A DNA stretch of 64,000 nucleotides, taken from positions 54,748,001-54,812,000 of the forward strand of contig NC_087436.1 in NCBI RefSeq assembly GCF_036321535.1, read 5' to 3'. The DNA comes from Camelus dromedarius (taxonomy: Eukaryota). Numbering within the stretch: the first letter of the stretch is position 1; each line of letters starts with the position of its first letter. The notes below the pieces were generated by a model. It was not told the DNA's origin. It did not search any database and saw only the letters and a list, made by a program, of their open reading frames with translations. This document shows, piece after piece, positions 1 through 13,708 of the stretch. Made by a program: the position numbers and the translations under genes.

Positions 1-1162
1 TATTTTCATGCTTTTTACTCCTCTTCTTCCTTCCTATCAGGGTTTTTTTTCCTTTCACTTATTGATTCTTTTCTTCTTTGGATTGCAGATTATACACTTT
101 GTTTTTAGTGCATACTCACTTTTTTAGTTTGCATAGATAACAAAGATGTGACTATTTCTCAATGGAGGTTTGGGCGTACCTTGGAGATATTGCAGGTTTG
201 GTTCCAGACTACTGCAATAAAACAAGTATCACAATAAAGCAAGTTACATTAATTGTTTGGTTTCCCAGTGCATAGAAAAGTTATACTGTAGTCTACTACG
301 TGTGCAATAGTGTTATGTCTGAAAAAAAATGTACATACAATAATTAAACATACTTTATTGCTAGAAACTGCTAACCATCGTCTGAGCCTTAAGCAAGTCA
401 TAATCTTTTTGCTTGTGGAGTATCTTGCCTTGATATTGATGGCTGCTGAGTGAACAGGGTGATGACTGCTGAAGGTTAGGGTGGTGGTGGCAATTTCTTA
501 AAATAAGACAATGAAGTCTGCCTTATTGACTGAGTCTTTCATGAATGATTTCTCTGTAGTATGCAGCAGAACTTTCCTCAAAATTGGAGTCAATCCTTTC
601 AAACCCTGCCACTGCTTTATCAACTAACTTTATGTAATATTCAAAATCCTTCATTGTCATTTCAACAAGTTTTATAACATCTTCACCAGGAGTAGATTCC
701 ATCTTAAGTAACCACTTTCTTTGCTCATTCATAAGAAGCAACTCTTTAGCTGTTAAAGTTTTATCATAAGATTGTAGCAATTCAGACACATCTTCAGGCT
801 CTACTTCTAATTCTAGTTCTCATGCTATTTCCACTACATTTGCAATTCCTTCCTCAACTGAATTCTTGCCTCAGAGTCATCCTTGAGGGCTGAAATCAAC
901 ATCTTCCAAACTCCTATTAATGTTGGTATTTTAACTTCCTCCCATGAACCATCAGGGTTCTTAAGCATCAAGAATAGAGAATCCTCTCTAGAAGGCTTTC
1001 AATTGACTTTGCCTAGATCCACCAGAGGAATCACTATCTTTGGCAGCTATGTCCTTACAAAATGTATTTCTTAAATAATAATACTTGAAAGCTGAAAGAC
1101 TCCTTGATCTACTGGTTGAAGAATGGATGTTGAGTTAGCAAGAGTGAAAACAACATTAATCT

Positions 1163-1671
1163 CTTTTTTTCTTTTTAACATTTTTTTATTGACTTATAAT
1201 AATTTTACAATGTTGTGTCAAATTCCTGTGTAGAGCCCAGTTTTTCAATTATTACATGAACATATATATATTCATTGTCACATTTTTTCTCTGTGAGCTA
1301 CCATAAGATCTTGTATATATTTCTCTGTGCTATACAGTATAATCTTGTTTATCTATTCTACATTTTGAAATCCCAGTCTAACCCTTCCCATCTCCCGCCC
1401 CCTTGGCAACCACAAGTTTGTATTCTATGTCTATGAGTCTGTTTCTGTTTTGTATTTCTGTTTTGTTTGTTTTGTTTGTTTGTTTTTGTTTTTTTTAGAT
1501 TCCACATATGAGCGATCTCATATGGTATTTTTCTTTCTCTTTCTGGCTTACTTCACTTAGAATGACATTCTCCAGGAGCATCCATGTTGCTGCAAATGGT
1601 GTTATGTTGTCAGTTTTTATGGCTGAATAGTATTCCATTGTATAAATATACCACATCTTCTTTATCCAATC
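1163..1671 (-). mobile_element. 5'-truncated young L1 3' end inserted in Tigger1
   Basis: Poly-T start and L1 3'UTR motifs (ttcacttagaatgacattctccaggagcatccatgttgctgcaaatgg). Perfect 16-bp TSD aaaacaacattaatct at 1147-1162 and 1672-1687. Confidence 0.93.
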
Positions 1672-2958
1672 AAAACAACATTAATCTTGTTGTACATCTC
1701 CATCAGAGATCTTGGATGACCAAGTGCATTGAATAGTAACATTTTGAAAGGAATCTTTTTTTTTTTTTTTTCTGAGCAGTAGATCTCAGCTGGAGGCCTA
1801 AAATATTCAGTAAACCATGTTGCAAATACATGTGTTGTCATCCAGGCTTTGTGGTTCCATTTATAGAGCACAGGAGAGTCATTTAGCATAATTTTTAAGG
1901 GAAATTCTTAGGATTTTCAAAATGGTGAATGATCATCAGCTTCAATTTAAACTCACCAACTGCATTAACAAGAGAGGCAGCCTGTTCTTTGAAGCTTTAA
2001 AGTCGGGCATTGACTTCTCTTTAGCTATGCGAGTCCTAGATGGCATCTTCTTCCAACAAAAGGATGTTTTGTCTACATTCAAAATCTGTTGTTTCATGTA
2101 GCCACCTTGGTACATCTTCTGGATAACATGCTGTAGCTTCTACATCAACACTTGATGTTATGGAGATGGCTTCTTGCCCTAAACCTCATGAGCCAATCTC
2201 TACTAATTTTGAGCATTTTTTCTGCAGCTTCCTTACCTCTCTCAGCCTTCACAGATAGAAGAGAATCAGGGCCTTGCTCTGGATTATGCTTTGGTTTAAG
2301 GGAATGTTGTAGTTGGTTTGATTTTCTATTGAGACCACTAAAATTTTCTCCATATCAGCAATAAGGCTAATTTGCTTTCTTATCATTTGTGTGTTTACTG
2401 GTGTAGCACTTACAATTTCCTCCAAGAATTTTTTCCTTTGTATTCACAACTTGGCTAACTGGTATAGGAGGCATAGCTTTTGGTCTGTCTCAGTTCTCAA
2501 CATGCTTTCCTCAATAAGCTTAATCATTTTTAGCTTTTGATTTAAAGTGAGAGGCATTTGACAACTCATTTCACTTGAACACTTAAAAGCCACTGTAGGA
2601 TTAGTAACTGGCCTAATTTCAATATTGTTTTGTCTCAGGGAATAGGAAGGCCAGAGGAGAGGGAAAAAGATGGAGCAATGGCCAATGGGTGAAGCAGTCA
2701 GAACACACACAACATTTATCAATTAAATTTGCTGTCTTATATGGGCATGGTTCATGGTGCCCCAAAACAATTACAATAGTGACACTGATGATCAGTGGTC
2801 ACTGATTGCAGATCACCATAAGAAACATAATAATAATGAAAATGTTTAAAATTTTGCAAGAATCACCAAAATGTGACACAGAGACATGAAGTGAGAAAAT
2901 GCTGAAAAATGGTGCTGATAGACTTACTCAAGACAGGGTTTCCACAAACCTTCAGTTG

Positions 2959-2972
2959 AAAGAAAGAAAGAA

Positions 2973-3023
<51 letters not shown>
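2959..3023. repeat. (GAAA)n(GA)n microsatellite within Tigger1
   Basis: Directly visible. Confidence 0.95.
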
Positions 3024-3027
<4 letters not shown>

Positions 3028-3149
3028 AAGCCCACAATATATGCAAAGCACAATGAAGTGAAGTGCAATAAAGTGAGGTATGCCTGTAATACCTTTATGT
3101 TGGCCATTTCTAACATTTTGTTGCTTTCTAAAATTAGTCTGTAATAGTG

Positions 3150-3781
3150 CAGTGTTGTGCAAACTTACCTGATCACATTAATTAGCAAAGGATCTTATTA
3201 AAAATACTAATTCCAGGCTCCTCTTATGGAAAGTCTGTTTGGTAGACACTGTCAGTGCCCCGTCTGTATCCATTCTGGGATACACTCACTATTCTCACAC
3301 ATGTCTTTTACTTCCCACTATGAGCAGTTGCAACTCTCCTTCTGGGGGCTCTTTCCTGGTCATGCAGAGCAGAAAAGAAGTGATGAAGCATTCATGCTTC
3401 TGGGGATAGAAACCTCAGTCAATGACTAATGGGAGCTGGAGCTTCCTTGCTCCTTGGGTGGGATAACTATTTATAATTATTTACATGGGCCCAAAGTTCT
3501 CCAACAACATTGAGCCTCAGCTGCCTTCAATGCTAACCTGCTCAGCAATGAGCAGCTTGTTGGCTTCCTCTCCATCCCTGTTTCATTCCCCTCTGCCCTT
3601 TACTGCTTCCTGGGACCCCCTCCCAATTATTTTATTTGCATTCAAATACTTTTCTTAGAGTTTTCTTTTGGGGTTACCCAACTTAAGAGAATCTGATAGG
3701 TTTGAATGGGATCAGGAACCTGCATTTATGAAAAGCATTCCATTATGATTTTTGTGATAAGTTAGGAGTGGTATCCTACTG
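3150..3781. mobile_element. hAT-Charlie MITE (MER5/MER117-like) split by an LTR
   Basis: cagtgttgtgcaaacttacctgatca...aaaatactaattccaggctcc (3150-3225) resumes as tctgataggtttgaatgggatcaggaacctgcattt (3692-3781). Confidence 0.5.
3245..3690 (+). mobile_element. ERVL solo LTR, LTR16-like
   Basis: aacctcagtcaatgactaatgggagctgg motif and 3' end ggggttacccaacttaagaga typical of LTR16 family. Confidence 0.7.
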
Positions 3782-4289
3782 CCAGATAAAAATCTATTTT
3801 TTTAATAACCTGAAATTTTATTCTCCTTGAAACCCCTGTGTGGTGAATAACTCAACTATGAACTATTCTATTATATCTATAGAGATATTTTCTTTGTTCT
3901 CTTTCTGTGTAGCCTTCTAAAAGATTTTTATATCTTTGAACTCCAATAAACTTTCACTCTGGTTACTGCAACTTTTTTTGTGCTATTTTTGCTTATTTTT
4001 ATGGCAATCTAAGTAATTATGAGTTTATCTTAACATTAAAATTTTTTTCTATGTAAACTCTCAACTTTTTATAACCTGTGCTATATTGCTGAGGAATCGG
4101 TATTGATGGGGTTGTGTTCTCACAATTTCAATAAATTCCATGTTCTTTTGTGCAATAGCTCAGATTTAAGTTACACTGAATAAATTTTGTGATTATACAA
4201 AGTGAACAGTGGTTGGGAGAAGAAGGGGCTTTTATTCAAAGTGAGTCTGTAAAATATTTATTTCTTTTCTAGACTTCCTCGGTAGTGAA

Positions 4290-5727
4290 TACTATGATTC
4301 ATTTCCCAAATACCTCTATATTACTAAAAGACATTTCCCCAGCTACCAGGAGTGGTGCTGGCTTAGAGCCTTCACCTGTAGATCCTCTCCAGAGATTGCC
4401 TTCAATTAGAATGAGCTGCCTCAACCCAGGTCATGTTCCTTTCTCGGAGGGCAATTACAGTCAATGACTGGTTGATATGTAAGTATAAAAGTCTGGCCCC
4501 CTTGCCACAAGCAGGTTAAATCTAAAGGGTTATTCCAGCTTCAGAGCTTCCCAAGCAAAGGGTCAGCTGAGTCTTGTGTGGATTATACAACATAACTTCT
4601 CCCCTACTCAACCCTGCCTCCTTCCTTTCCTTGTACCAGCTATTGATCCCAGGGATACTCTCTAACACATTCTCTGCATGCTAATCTTCATCTCAGAACT
4701 TGGATTCAGAAGAACCCAACCTACAGCATTTGGTTCTATGAGTGATCTTAGGAATGGTATAAAAAAGTAGAAGCTAAGAGGGGATTCTGGAGCCCATTAA
4801 CCTCTCCAGCTCTCTGGCATTGAGGATTCCATCACTGGTGGTAAGTGGAGTGAGCACAGTTGCTTACTTAGGTTAGCAAATGCAATCTTTAAGATGTTAA
4901 TTGATGGTGAACTGCAACAATATGATTGTGAAAGGGATTCCATTAATGGGGCTAGTATATCAGGTGTTTGAGAACAATGAGGAAATTGTAACTATAAAAA
5001 TAATGGGATTGTATGTGTGTTGCTATGTCTAATTGATGCTTTGGAAAAGGATAAGGAAGAGGACTAACTGAGGATTAAAACTAAGTGTAAAAGTCAGGAG
5101 TCCTGCTAGAATATAAAGAGGCCCTCACTCCTTTAAGCTTGAAGACAGAAAAATCTGCAGAGCAGGACTTAATCAAAAATAGTGCAGAACTCTTAAGAAA
5201 GTTACATACAAAACTTAGGTAGATTGACCATCCAAAGGGCAGGGCTCGGAGTTATGGAATGGGACATCTGTGTTGAGGCACTCAAAAACTGAATCTTTAA
5301 ATATTCCTGAATGCTCAGCCTGGCAAAATGGTCCACTTCTCCTTATTAAAGGACCAGTACATCCCCTGGCTTGAGGAAGATGCAGAGGCCTCTACCTGTG
5401 AGAATGTATGACACCTACATCTGCAATCCCTTTGTATGTCCCCTACCCCTACTTCTGGACACTAAGACAATAATTAGAGATAAGTTTCAACATAACCTAG
5501 CTAGGGAAGTGCTGTACCTGCTAATGGAGAAAAAGAACTATACTCCCAAGGAGGTGTAGGACATAGGCATCACATACCAGTAGGAACTAGGAGATACTTG
5601 TGGGACTGGATTCTGAGGGTGATGGATATATCAATGGAGGATAAGAACATACAGTTAGATAAGTATGGGATGTAGCTTTCAGCACCCAAACATCCTGGCA
5701 ACACAGTCCTTAGAATGGGTCTCACAC

Positions 5728-5760
<33 letters not shown>

Positions 5761-7649
5761 CAAAGTGAGATAAAAATGCCAAAATAATCATAGCAGACAG
5801 AAAAGAAGGGATTCAAAGCCTCAGCAGAGAGGGAATGCTAGAATGATTATGATACGTAAAGTTTGAAATACCACCTGTGATTATGTTCCTTGGGAGCACC
5901 CAGAGTGTTCATTATTCACCAAAATAATAAGGATCGGGTTGATGATAAGGGAATCAGCATCACTAAAAAGCTCAGTTATGCTTCTTCTCTGTTGAGCCAA
6001 GGTAGATGGTACAATATGCCATTACAGAACTGCATTCTCTGACATCAGTGGGGATGACAGGACTCCCAAGCAACAGAGGACAATTGGAGAGGCTTAACCA
6101 ACAGAATTTAGGTGGATGCAATTATTGTAATTAGTGCTAAGGTCAAGAGGGAAGGAAATAGGGTGGCTTGACACACAGAGTTTTGGAGATGGTTAATAGA
6201 ACATGGCTTTCTTAGGAGGAAGACATATGATAGCCAATAAGGGTATTTAAATAGTTCAACCATCTAAACCAAAACCAATCAAGAATGATGATCAGGAGGT
6301 TAGGGAAGTTTCCCCAATAAAATTTCATGATGCCTAGCCCAATTTTAAGAATAGGAACCCATTTTCTGGTCCTATTACATATCCCATTATCCAGAAGCTT
6401 CCAGCCTGACACAATGATGTGTTAGTCTGTTGAAAGCACAACTAAAGCATGAGATAATATTTTGTGAGAGTGGGGCACCATCCTCCCAGATTTAGTGTAC
6501 ACTGAAGACGCTGTTTCCCCAATAGATAGTATATATTGATCCAGGAACCAAAGGCTGGTGGCAAGAGTGACTCTGCTTCCTATCCCTTCTGTAGCTGACT
6601 TGGGAAATATGCATTTCTTGTTCCAGCAAACTCTGGGCTTTTCGTGTTTAAAGATTCTGACTTCCAAATTAGGGATGCTTCCACCTGGACACATACCAAA
6701 AGTTCCTGAACTATGTAAGTTGTGAGTTTTCCTGAGGACTTTGGGCTCCTTGTGCCATGAGACAAAAGGGCAAGAGGAGGAGTCACCATCCTGGCAGGGA
6801 TAATTGACCCTGATTACCAGCCTGATGTTACACAAGGGGATAGGGAGGAAATGTTGGGCACCAAGTGATTCACTTTAGTACCTGTCGCTACTTCCTGGCT
6901 CAACCTGGACGGTAAATGAACTAGTACAGAAACCGCAGTCTAAAAAGGGCAATCTCAGATCCCAGGGGGATGAGTGTCACAGTCACATCACCCAGAAAGC
7001 CACCTAGACAAGGAGTGCTGGCTGAGGATAGAAAAAACTTAGAAAATAGTATAAAAATGAGGCCTGAATATCAGTTGTGGTCCTGAAACCAGCTGTACCA
7101 CTGGGGGCTGTAGTTTGTCCCACTAACCTTCCTCTTCTATGCTTTCCTAAGGAAAATAGGTACACCAGAGATCTAGAAGATCTGCTCCAAGAATCTATAC
7201 AAAGAACTCTATCAGAGAGACACAAGGAAGGAGTGAAGTGCAATGGATGTTTCAATATTTCTCACATCTTCTTCCAGAACTCAAGAGACTGAATCTCCCA
7301 GCTGTCAGCTGAACCACCTGTCAGGGCCCTCTGGAATTTGCCCTCAGTTGAGATATCTGGTTTGTCCAAGATCACACTCCTTCCTTGAAAAGTCTGCATT
7401 CAACAGACAGGTCAGAATGAGACTAGAAAAGCTCAGTCCCCTTTGCTGCTACTCTGAAGGGTCATCCCAGTCTCAGAGCTTCCCCATGGGTAGCCGAGGC
7501 CCCTTTCTCAAGGTGGCCTCCAAACCCAGTTTCTCCCTTTGCTCAGTTCTGCTTCTCTGTCTTTTCTGCCACAGCTGTTGATCCTGAGAGTACTCCCTGG
7601 TATATTCTTCACCTCAGAGTCTCCTTCCTGGGGAAATAACACCTTCAAA
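4290..7649 (+). mobile_element. Ancient internally deleted ERVL (HERV16/ERV3-16A3-like) provirus with two LTR16A-like LTRs
   Basis: 5' LTR ends ...aacccaacctacagca (4728) followed by a tggt PBS-like site. Gag remnant WDWILRVMD at 5601. dUTPase remnant GVTILAGIIDPDYQ at 6779-6820. Purine tract then 3' LTR at about 7239-7649 sharing ctgaagggtcatcccag..cagagcttccc and gctgttgatcctgagagtactccct motifs with the 5' LTR. Confidence 0.82.
5729..5760. repeat. (CAA)n microsatellite
   Basis: Directly visible; produces the poly-Leu ORF 5570-5791. Confidence 0.95.
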
Positions 7650-8954
7650 TTCCTTCTGCTCTTCAACTAATCGTGTCCCCCAGGTAGGATCAATTTGTTT
7701 TCTGTTTAAAAAGTGTGCTCTACTAATCTCTTAATTCAAAACCTTCATTCAGGATGTCTGGTTTCAATGCTTGGATTTTCTTTGGTGCCAATCCAGACCA
7801 TAATCCACTTACAAGGCACACAGTCTCAATCCATACTGACATTCTCCTGCCCTGACCATTTGCAACACTAGTTATGCCCCTCATTCCCACTAAGTCACAT
7901 AGTTTACATTTTCCTGTAAATATATTTTTTCTAAGTAAGAATCATTCTTTAAAGTCTGAGACTATGTTTTAAATGATTTGTGAATTCTCGAATCCTGCAT
8001 AAAATCAGGCACATTGCAAAAAGGCAACAAGTATTTGTTGATTCGTAGATTACCCCCCAAAATGTAATCCACACCTTTACTTCTCTGCCTCTCCACCTAT
8101 CACTCACTACATTCAAGTTCCCTCCCTGTCCCCCCATCTTCAGTATCAGTTACTGAATCAACTGTGGCATAAAGAAGCCTCAGCTATTGTGGTTTCTCCA
8201 TAAGTGTTGGTATATAAATGAGTGTCTGAATGAATAAATGATTGACTTACTGAGTCAAGTTCCCCAGACCTCGAATCTTCTTATAAACCACAATTAATAG
8301 ATCCTTGCATAAATCTATGCACTCACATGAACCCACCTTACCCCTCTACTGATGCTCCATTGTCTCCATGTCTTGTCTTTGGCCATCTAGATAAAAGAAC
8401 TGGTGTACTGGAAGGAGAATGATAAAGTCGAAGAAAATCGTGCCTCATTGAGCCTCTGAATTGTAGCATTTCCTATATTCAGGTGTCACCTGGGTTTACT
8501 GTTCTCCATTTTACTTTGCCTGGTAATCAGGGATGGTGGCCCTGCTTTAAACCTCAACCAATACCTAATGGACCTGGTACTTCACTAATTCCTGCCAATC
8601 CTTGTACTTTAGATCTAAATCCTGCTTAGTTTACCTCTGGCTCTTATCAGAAAGTCTTCCTTTGTACGGACAGTTTGCCTGACATGGAACCCAGCCTGCC
8701 TCATTTCAGAACTGATTTATTACCCAATCCTCCTTATTGCTATGTCCCAGAATACAGATTGGGATGCTTGGTATGTTAACAGTGGCCAGTCTTATGCTCC
8801 CGGGGCAGGGCTCCAAATGCAAACTTGCTGTCCTGTGCTTTTACTTCTTGGGTAAATATGTATGGGGTGGGGGAAACTTCTGCAACAAACATTGCTTCCT
8901 CAGCTCCATTCTGGATGCCGTTGCTTTGATTTCTAATGGGTCTTGGCCTTCCCT

Positions 8955-9355
8955 AATAGTTAGCTAGGGCTGCCATAACAAATACTACAGAATGGGTGGC
9001 TTAAATAACAGAAATTAATTTTCTCATTGTTCTGGAGGCGAGAAGTCTCAGGCAAGGTGTTGGCAGGTGTGGTTTCTTCTGAGGCCTCTCTCCTTTCCTA
9101 GCGGCTGGCTGCCTTCCTGTGATGTCCTCATGTGGTCCCTCCTCTGTGCATGGCATCGCTGGTATCTCTTTCTGTATCCTAATTTCCTCTTTTTATAAGG
9201 ACACCAGTCAGATTAGATTAGGGCCTACCCTAAGAGCTTCATTTTAACTTAATTATCTCTTTAAAGGTCCTATCTCCAAATATAGTTACATTCTAAGGTA
9301 ACTGGGTGTTAGGACTTCAACAGATGAATTTGGGGGAGGGGGCACAATTCTACCT
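8955..9355 (-). mobile_element. MaLR solo LTR (MLT1A/B/C-like)
   Basis: agggctgccataacaaatactacagaatgggtggcttaaataacagaaatt...ctggaggc..gaagtc; ends gaatttgggggagggggcacaattc. Confidence 0.9.
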
Positions 9356-11244
9356 ATGTCATGTGGCACATACACAGCTCTGTGTTGCTAATGTCCTAGC
9401 AGCTCTCACATTTGAGCCATTATATTTATTAACTAATCTCTTCCACAGCAGCTCATCACTACTGAAAAACAAACTAAAGCTCCCTAAAAGACTTTGTGAT
9501 CATTGCTCCTATTAATCCAGTTTAGTTTTTTATAAATAAATTAATTTGCTGGCCTTCACTTTGATTTGTTAAGTAATAAATTGTTAACAATTCAAAAACA
9601 AGAAACACTCACCACCACCCCCAAATCCTAAGTATTTCTGTACGTTCCAAGGGAGAATACAATATTTTGTTTAATTGGGTAAATACACATTTCAAAGACA
9701 GTAAATTCTTAACTGTTTAAATTTGTGGCTTTGACCTCTGTTAGTAATTTTTCCACTTCAAAATATCTCCATTCATTCTTAATACGCTCTCCAGGAAATT
9801 ATGCTTTTTCTGTGTAAGTGAATAAAATTTTTGTTTACATAGTGTAAATATGTATGAGATTTATTGCAACATAATGGGAATTTGAGAGACCAGGGAGTTC
9901 TGAAGATTTAGAAATATAGGTCTAAGATTTCATGTATTTATACATTCCTTCATAAGTTTATCAAATCCCTGGCTGAATTTCATTCCTATAGTACTTTGAC
10001 ACATGGACTTAGGCAAGGTTATAAGAATACAGAGCCACAATAAGTCATAAAGATCGTCTCCTTGTTACAATGCTAAGGGATGTACCAGGATTTACACTAT
10101 TTTATCACTGCTCAGAGATTGACTACTTCTGATGGCAAATTACAGATGATGGATTTGTCAGGAAATTAAAGTGCCCAGGAGTGGATATCAAAGGGCTATC
10201 TGAAGGATCTCCATTACTGACATCAGAGAAAAGAAAACTTACAATGATATATAATTTTAATTGGACTCTGTCATGACAGGCTGACCACTTGCCAACAGTT
10301 ATCCTAAGGAAAAATAACATGAAAGGGTGTAAAATTTACTATATGTCTTTTCCAGGTTGGTTGGAACAGTTGTGACAGTTTATAATTCATTTAAGATGCC
10401 CTTTGTCCTGGGCTTTCATTTTTAAAACTTCTTTGACAAAGAAGTAATGAAGGAGGGGTCTGGCCAGCCAGCATGAAATTATCTAACAAGGAACCTGTAC
10501 ACTAGATACAACATAGACAATGGAGATAGTCCTTAATTATGTATTTAAAAAAGTGTATGTTCCCTCATTTCATGTTTTAATATGTATCAAATGGGGGAAA
10601 TACTTTCAAATTTCCCTTTGTCCCCAAGCTTTTTGTTTCAGGAGTGAAAACCAAGAATGGAATGCAATCAAATAATATATTTTACTGAGACCTTGAAAGC
10701 TCTTAACCTTGATGCATCTAATTATCTGTTTCTCTGAAGATACAGTTTCTGGAGAACAGAGGTGGTATAATATGGACCTACAAGACCCCCAGTCTTCAGG
10801 TCCATTTGGTTTGATCCTCAAAATGTTGGCCCCTGAAGCACTTAAAAATAAAATTTTAGCCAACTATTTTCAGATAGGGCCCATTTTTCAAGGAAATTGG
10901 AATATCTTATGATACTGCTTCCTTATTTTTGCATGGTAGGATATCACCTGTGAGTTTATTATTCTTATAAAATTGAAGGGAAAATGAGTTTTGCTTTTCT
11001 TTTCCAACTAGAATCTCCATCTCTAACTCTAAAAAATACTACTGATGATCAAATTTTAAGTTTTAATTTAGCTCATTTTCCTAGAAATGGTTGTAGGTGA
11101 AAAGAAATAAAGTGTTCATTACCTTTTGCCTTGAGATACTCAAAAAGACATTCTACCTGAGATCATGAAAGAATCTATTAATGTAAGCTTGAAGTGATTA
11201 TAATTATGCATTTGATCATCACATTTTATACAGTTTTCTTTTCA

Positions 11245-12735
11245 TTTCAACATCTATTGTTGAACACCTGTACTGAGGTCAAAACTGAACCACGAGCTTT
11301 GAGAGATGCAAAAGGGATATGTGACAATATTTTCAAATGAGGGTATTAAAATCTATTTGGAAAAATAACAAATGCACAAATGAAACAGTGCTAAAATAAT
11401 ATGAACCCATTCATATTTAGAAACCAATAGAAATTGTACAGATAATGTTGTAACTTCAGAGAAAGGAGGTATCAATCTAAACCAGAATGAATGATAAAGA
11501 CTTCAAGGAAAAGGTGACTCATAAATTGCATGCATTAGGCCTATAGTCTCAGGAAACAAGAAAGAATATTTTAAAAAACAGAAATATAAAAGCCCCAAAG
11601 CAGACATGATATTAAAATAGCTACAAAGAGGCTAGTTTGATATGAATACTTTGGGTTGTAATGAGAGAAAAGGGTGAATGCAGAAGACATTAAAAAAGGC
11701 ATGATAGAATGCAATAGTTACTTGAAGCAAAGAAAAGAAGTGTTATTTCCACCACACTTTTATTTCATTTTTACAGTTGTTTTCAAATTTAGCCTAACTC
11801 ATTAGTGTTAATACCAATGCATAATTGGAAAATCCGTAATAAAGTAAAGAGGTCTGATAAGACCTTAAAATTTGTCTTAAGCAGCTGTGATCTTAGGCAA
11901 CAGTGCAGAAGGTGCTCTAATGCTCCACATCTAGACCCAGGAGTGATGAAAAGAAACTCTCTTCTCACAAACTATTCAAGTTAGGTTACAAAGATCAAGG
12001 TGGACATATAATATGTCACTACCTGTGCACATATATTCATTCATAGGTAAAAAGACATACCCTTGCCATCAAAGATTTCACAATCATGTAGGAGAGACAA
12101 ACATAAACACACACACACACACACACACATATATATTCAAGTTCTTTCTATATGTAAAAGAAATGTGCTATTTACAGTAACAGAACTGTGTCCAAGACAT
12201 GATACTGCTCTTTCTGCAGAAGTTTACAAAACGCTTCAATAGAAGAGGTGATTCCTAATTAGGATTTAAATGGAAGAATAAAATTTTGCAAGATACATTG
12301 AAGGTATTCCAAGCAAGATAAATGGCATGGACAAGGGCTGGGAGACGCAACACCTATAATATTAGGGGAAACCACAGGTATTTTTTGATATTATCAGAGC
12401 CTGAAAAAGCCAGGAAGGTAATGCTGAAAAGTAAAAGAGGACCAGATCATTAAGGATTTATAGCTTTGTTCTGTCTGCCATGGAGAGTCACTGAAGTGTT
12501 TAAGCTAAGAAGAAACATGATCATATTTACATATTATAAAGATTATTCTGATTGCAGTGAAGAAAAAAGATTAAATATAGTCTAGTCTAGAGGTGGGAAA
12601 TTCAGGTGGCCATTGCAAGAATCCAAGCACAAGATAATGAGGGATTGGACCAAAGCACAACTGTGAGTATACAGAGGACAGTATGCATCTGAGAGCTATT
12701 TAGGAAATAAGATTTACAGGGCTGATTAACTTAGT
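11245..12735 (-). mobile_element. L2 fragments (at least two copies)
   Basis: ttcaacatctattgttgaacacctgtact and gccatggagagtcactgaagtgtttaagc...atgatcatatttacat...aagattattctgattgcagtg resemble L2 3' region in reverse. Confidence 0.65.
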
Positions 12736-12859
12736 AATAATAATAATGATGATGGTAATGATCATAATAATACTTAATGTTTATTAAAGGCTTATTATGG
12801 ACCAGGCTCTGTTCAGAATGCTTTTATTTTCGCATTAAACCTGAGATAAGTATATTCAT

Positions 12860-13708
12860 TCCTCTAAAACTTGTTCACCTGTAATGTGTCTCAGTTCAAT
12901 AACTGGAACCAACTTTCACCCAACAACTTGGTCCAAAAGTCATCACTCTTGATTAACCTTTACCTTCCACCCTTCCTCCAATTCATCAGTTAAGAATACA
13001 GTCATTGTCCAACCTGCAATCATCTATCTCCAGGATTAACTGAAACTGCCTCCTAACTGGTTTCCCTGTTCTTGCCTGTGTCCCTACAGTCTATTCATCC
13101 TAAAATAGTTGGAGTGACATTCCCCAAGGCCTCAGAGGCACCAACTGATTCTCATCATACTTAGACCTAAATCATAAGTCTTTTTGAAGACCATCAAGGT
13201 GCTAAGTGAGACACCACTGGTTAGTTCTCTGGCCTCATGTCTACCAGTTTCCTCCACTTCTTTCATTCTGCTCGACACAACTCTTTGCTCTTCTGTGGAA
13301 AAACATGGGCATGTTCCTGCTACGTGGCTTTTGAACTTGTTCTTCCCTCTCCCTGGAATTGTCTTCACAGAATTCCCTCCCATTGACAGATCTCTGTTCA
13401 AATGTCATCTCCTAAAAGATGCCTTTCCTGAGCTTTCTATCTAAAATAGCATACTCTTCTTTGCTCCACCGTCACTCTAACCTCCAGTCAACTTTGTCCT
13501 TCTTCATGTGTAACTGGGTATTGCTACCCAATAAATATACCTATTATTTATTTGTTAACTGACTATCTTCCCTGGCAATATAACTAGGGATTTTATTTGG
13601 CTTGTTCCCTGATATATCCCTTGGACCTGGGGGCGGTGTCCTGCATTCTGTGAGAATATAAAGCTTGCTGAATGAATGTAAGAATGAATGTAAAAATGAA
13701 TGAATGAG
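12860..13708 (+). mobile_element. L2 3' fragment
   Basis: gcctcctaactggtttccctg, ttcaaatgtcatctcct..aagatgcctttcctga and terminal gctgaatgaatgtaagaatgaatg. Confidence 0.8.

Larger units (their letters stand above)
171..3086 (-). mobile_element. Tigger1 DNA transposon (TcMar-Tigger), near full length, decayed
   Basis: TIR-like ends: tgggcgtaccttggagatattgc at 171 and ...aataaagtgaggtatgcctg at 3086, followed by TA. Minus-strand ORF pieces match Tigger1 transposase: MINVVCVLTA...NNIEIRPVTNPT...LTLNQKL (2444-2722), [17 protein letters not shown] (1662-1889) and the ORF2-like [22 protein letters not shown] (523-789). About 2.4 kb after removing the nested L1. Confidence 0.95.

Noticed and set aside
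523..2722. Transposase-like ORFs as a domesticated TIGD-type gene
   Set aside because: Fragmented by stops and frameshifts and split by an L1 insertion; this is an ordinary dead Tigger1.
6422..6835. Longest ORF in the track (137 aa, minus strand)
   Set aside because: Antisense to the decayed ERVL integrase/dUTPase region; no recognisable protein.
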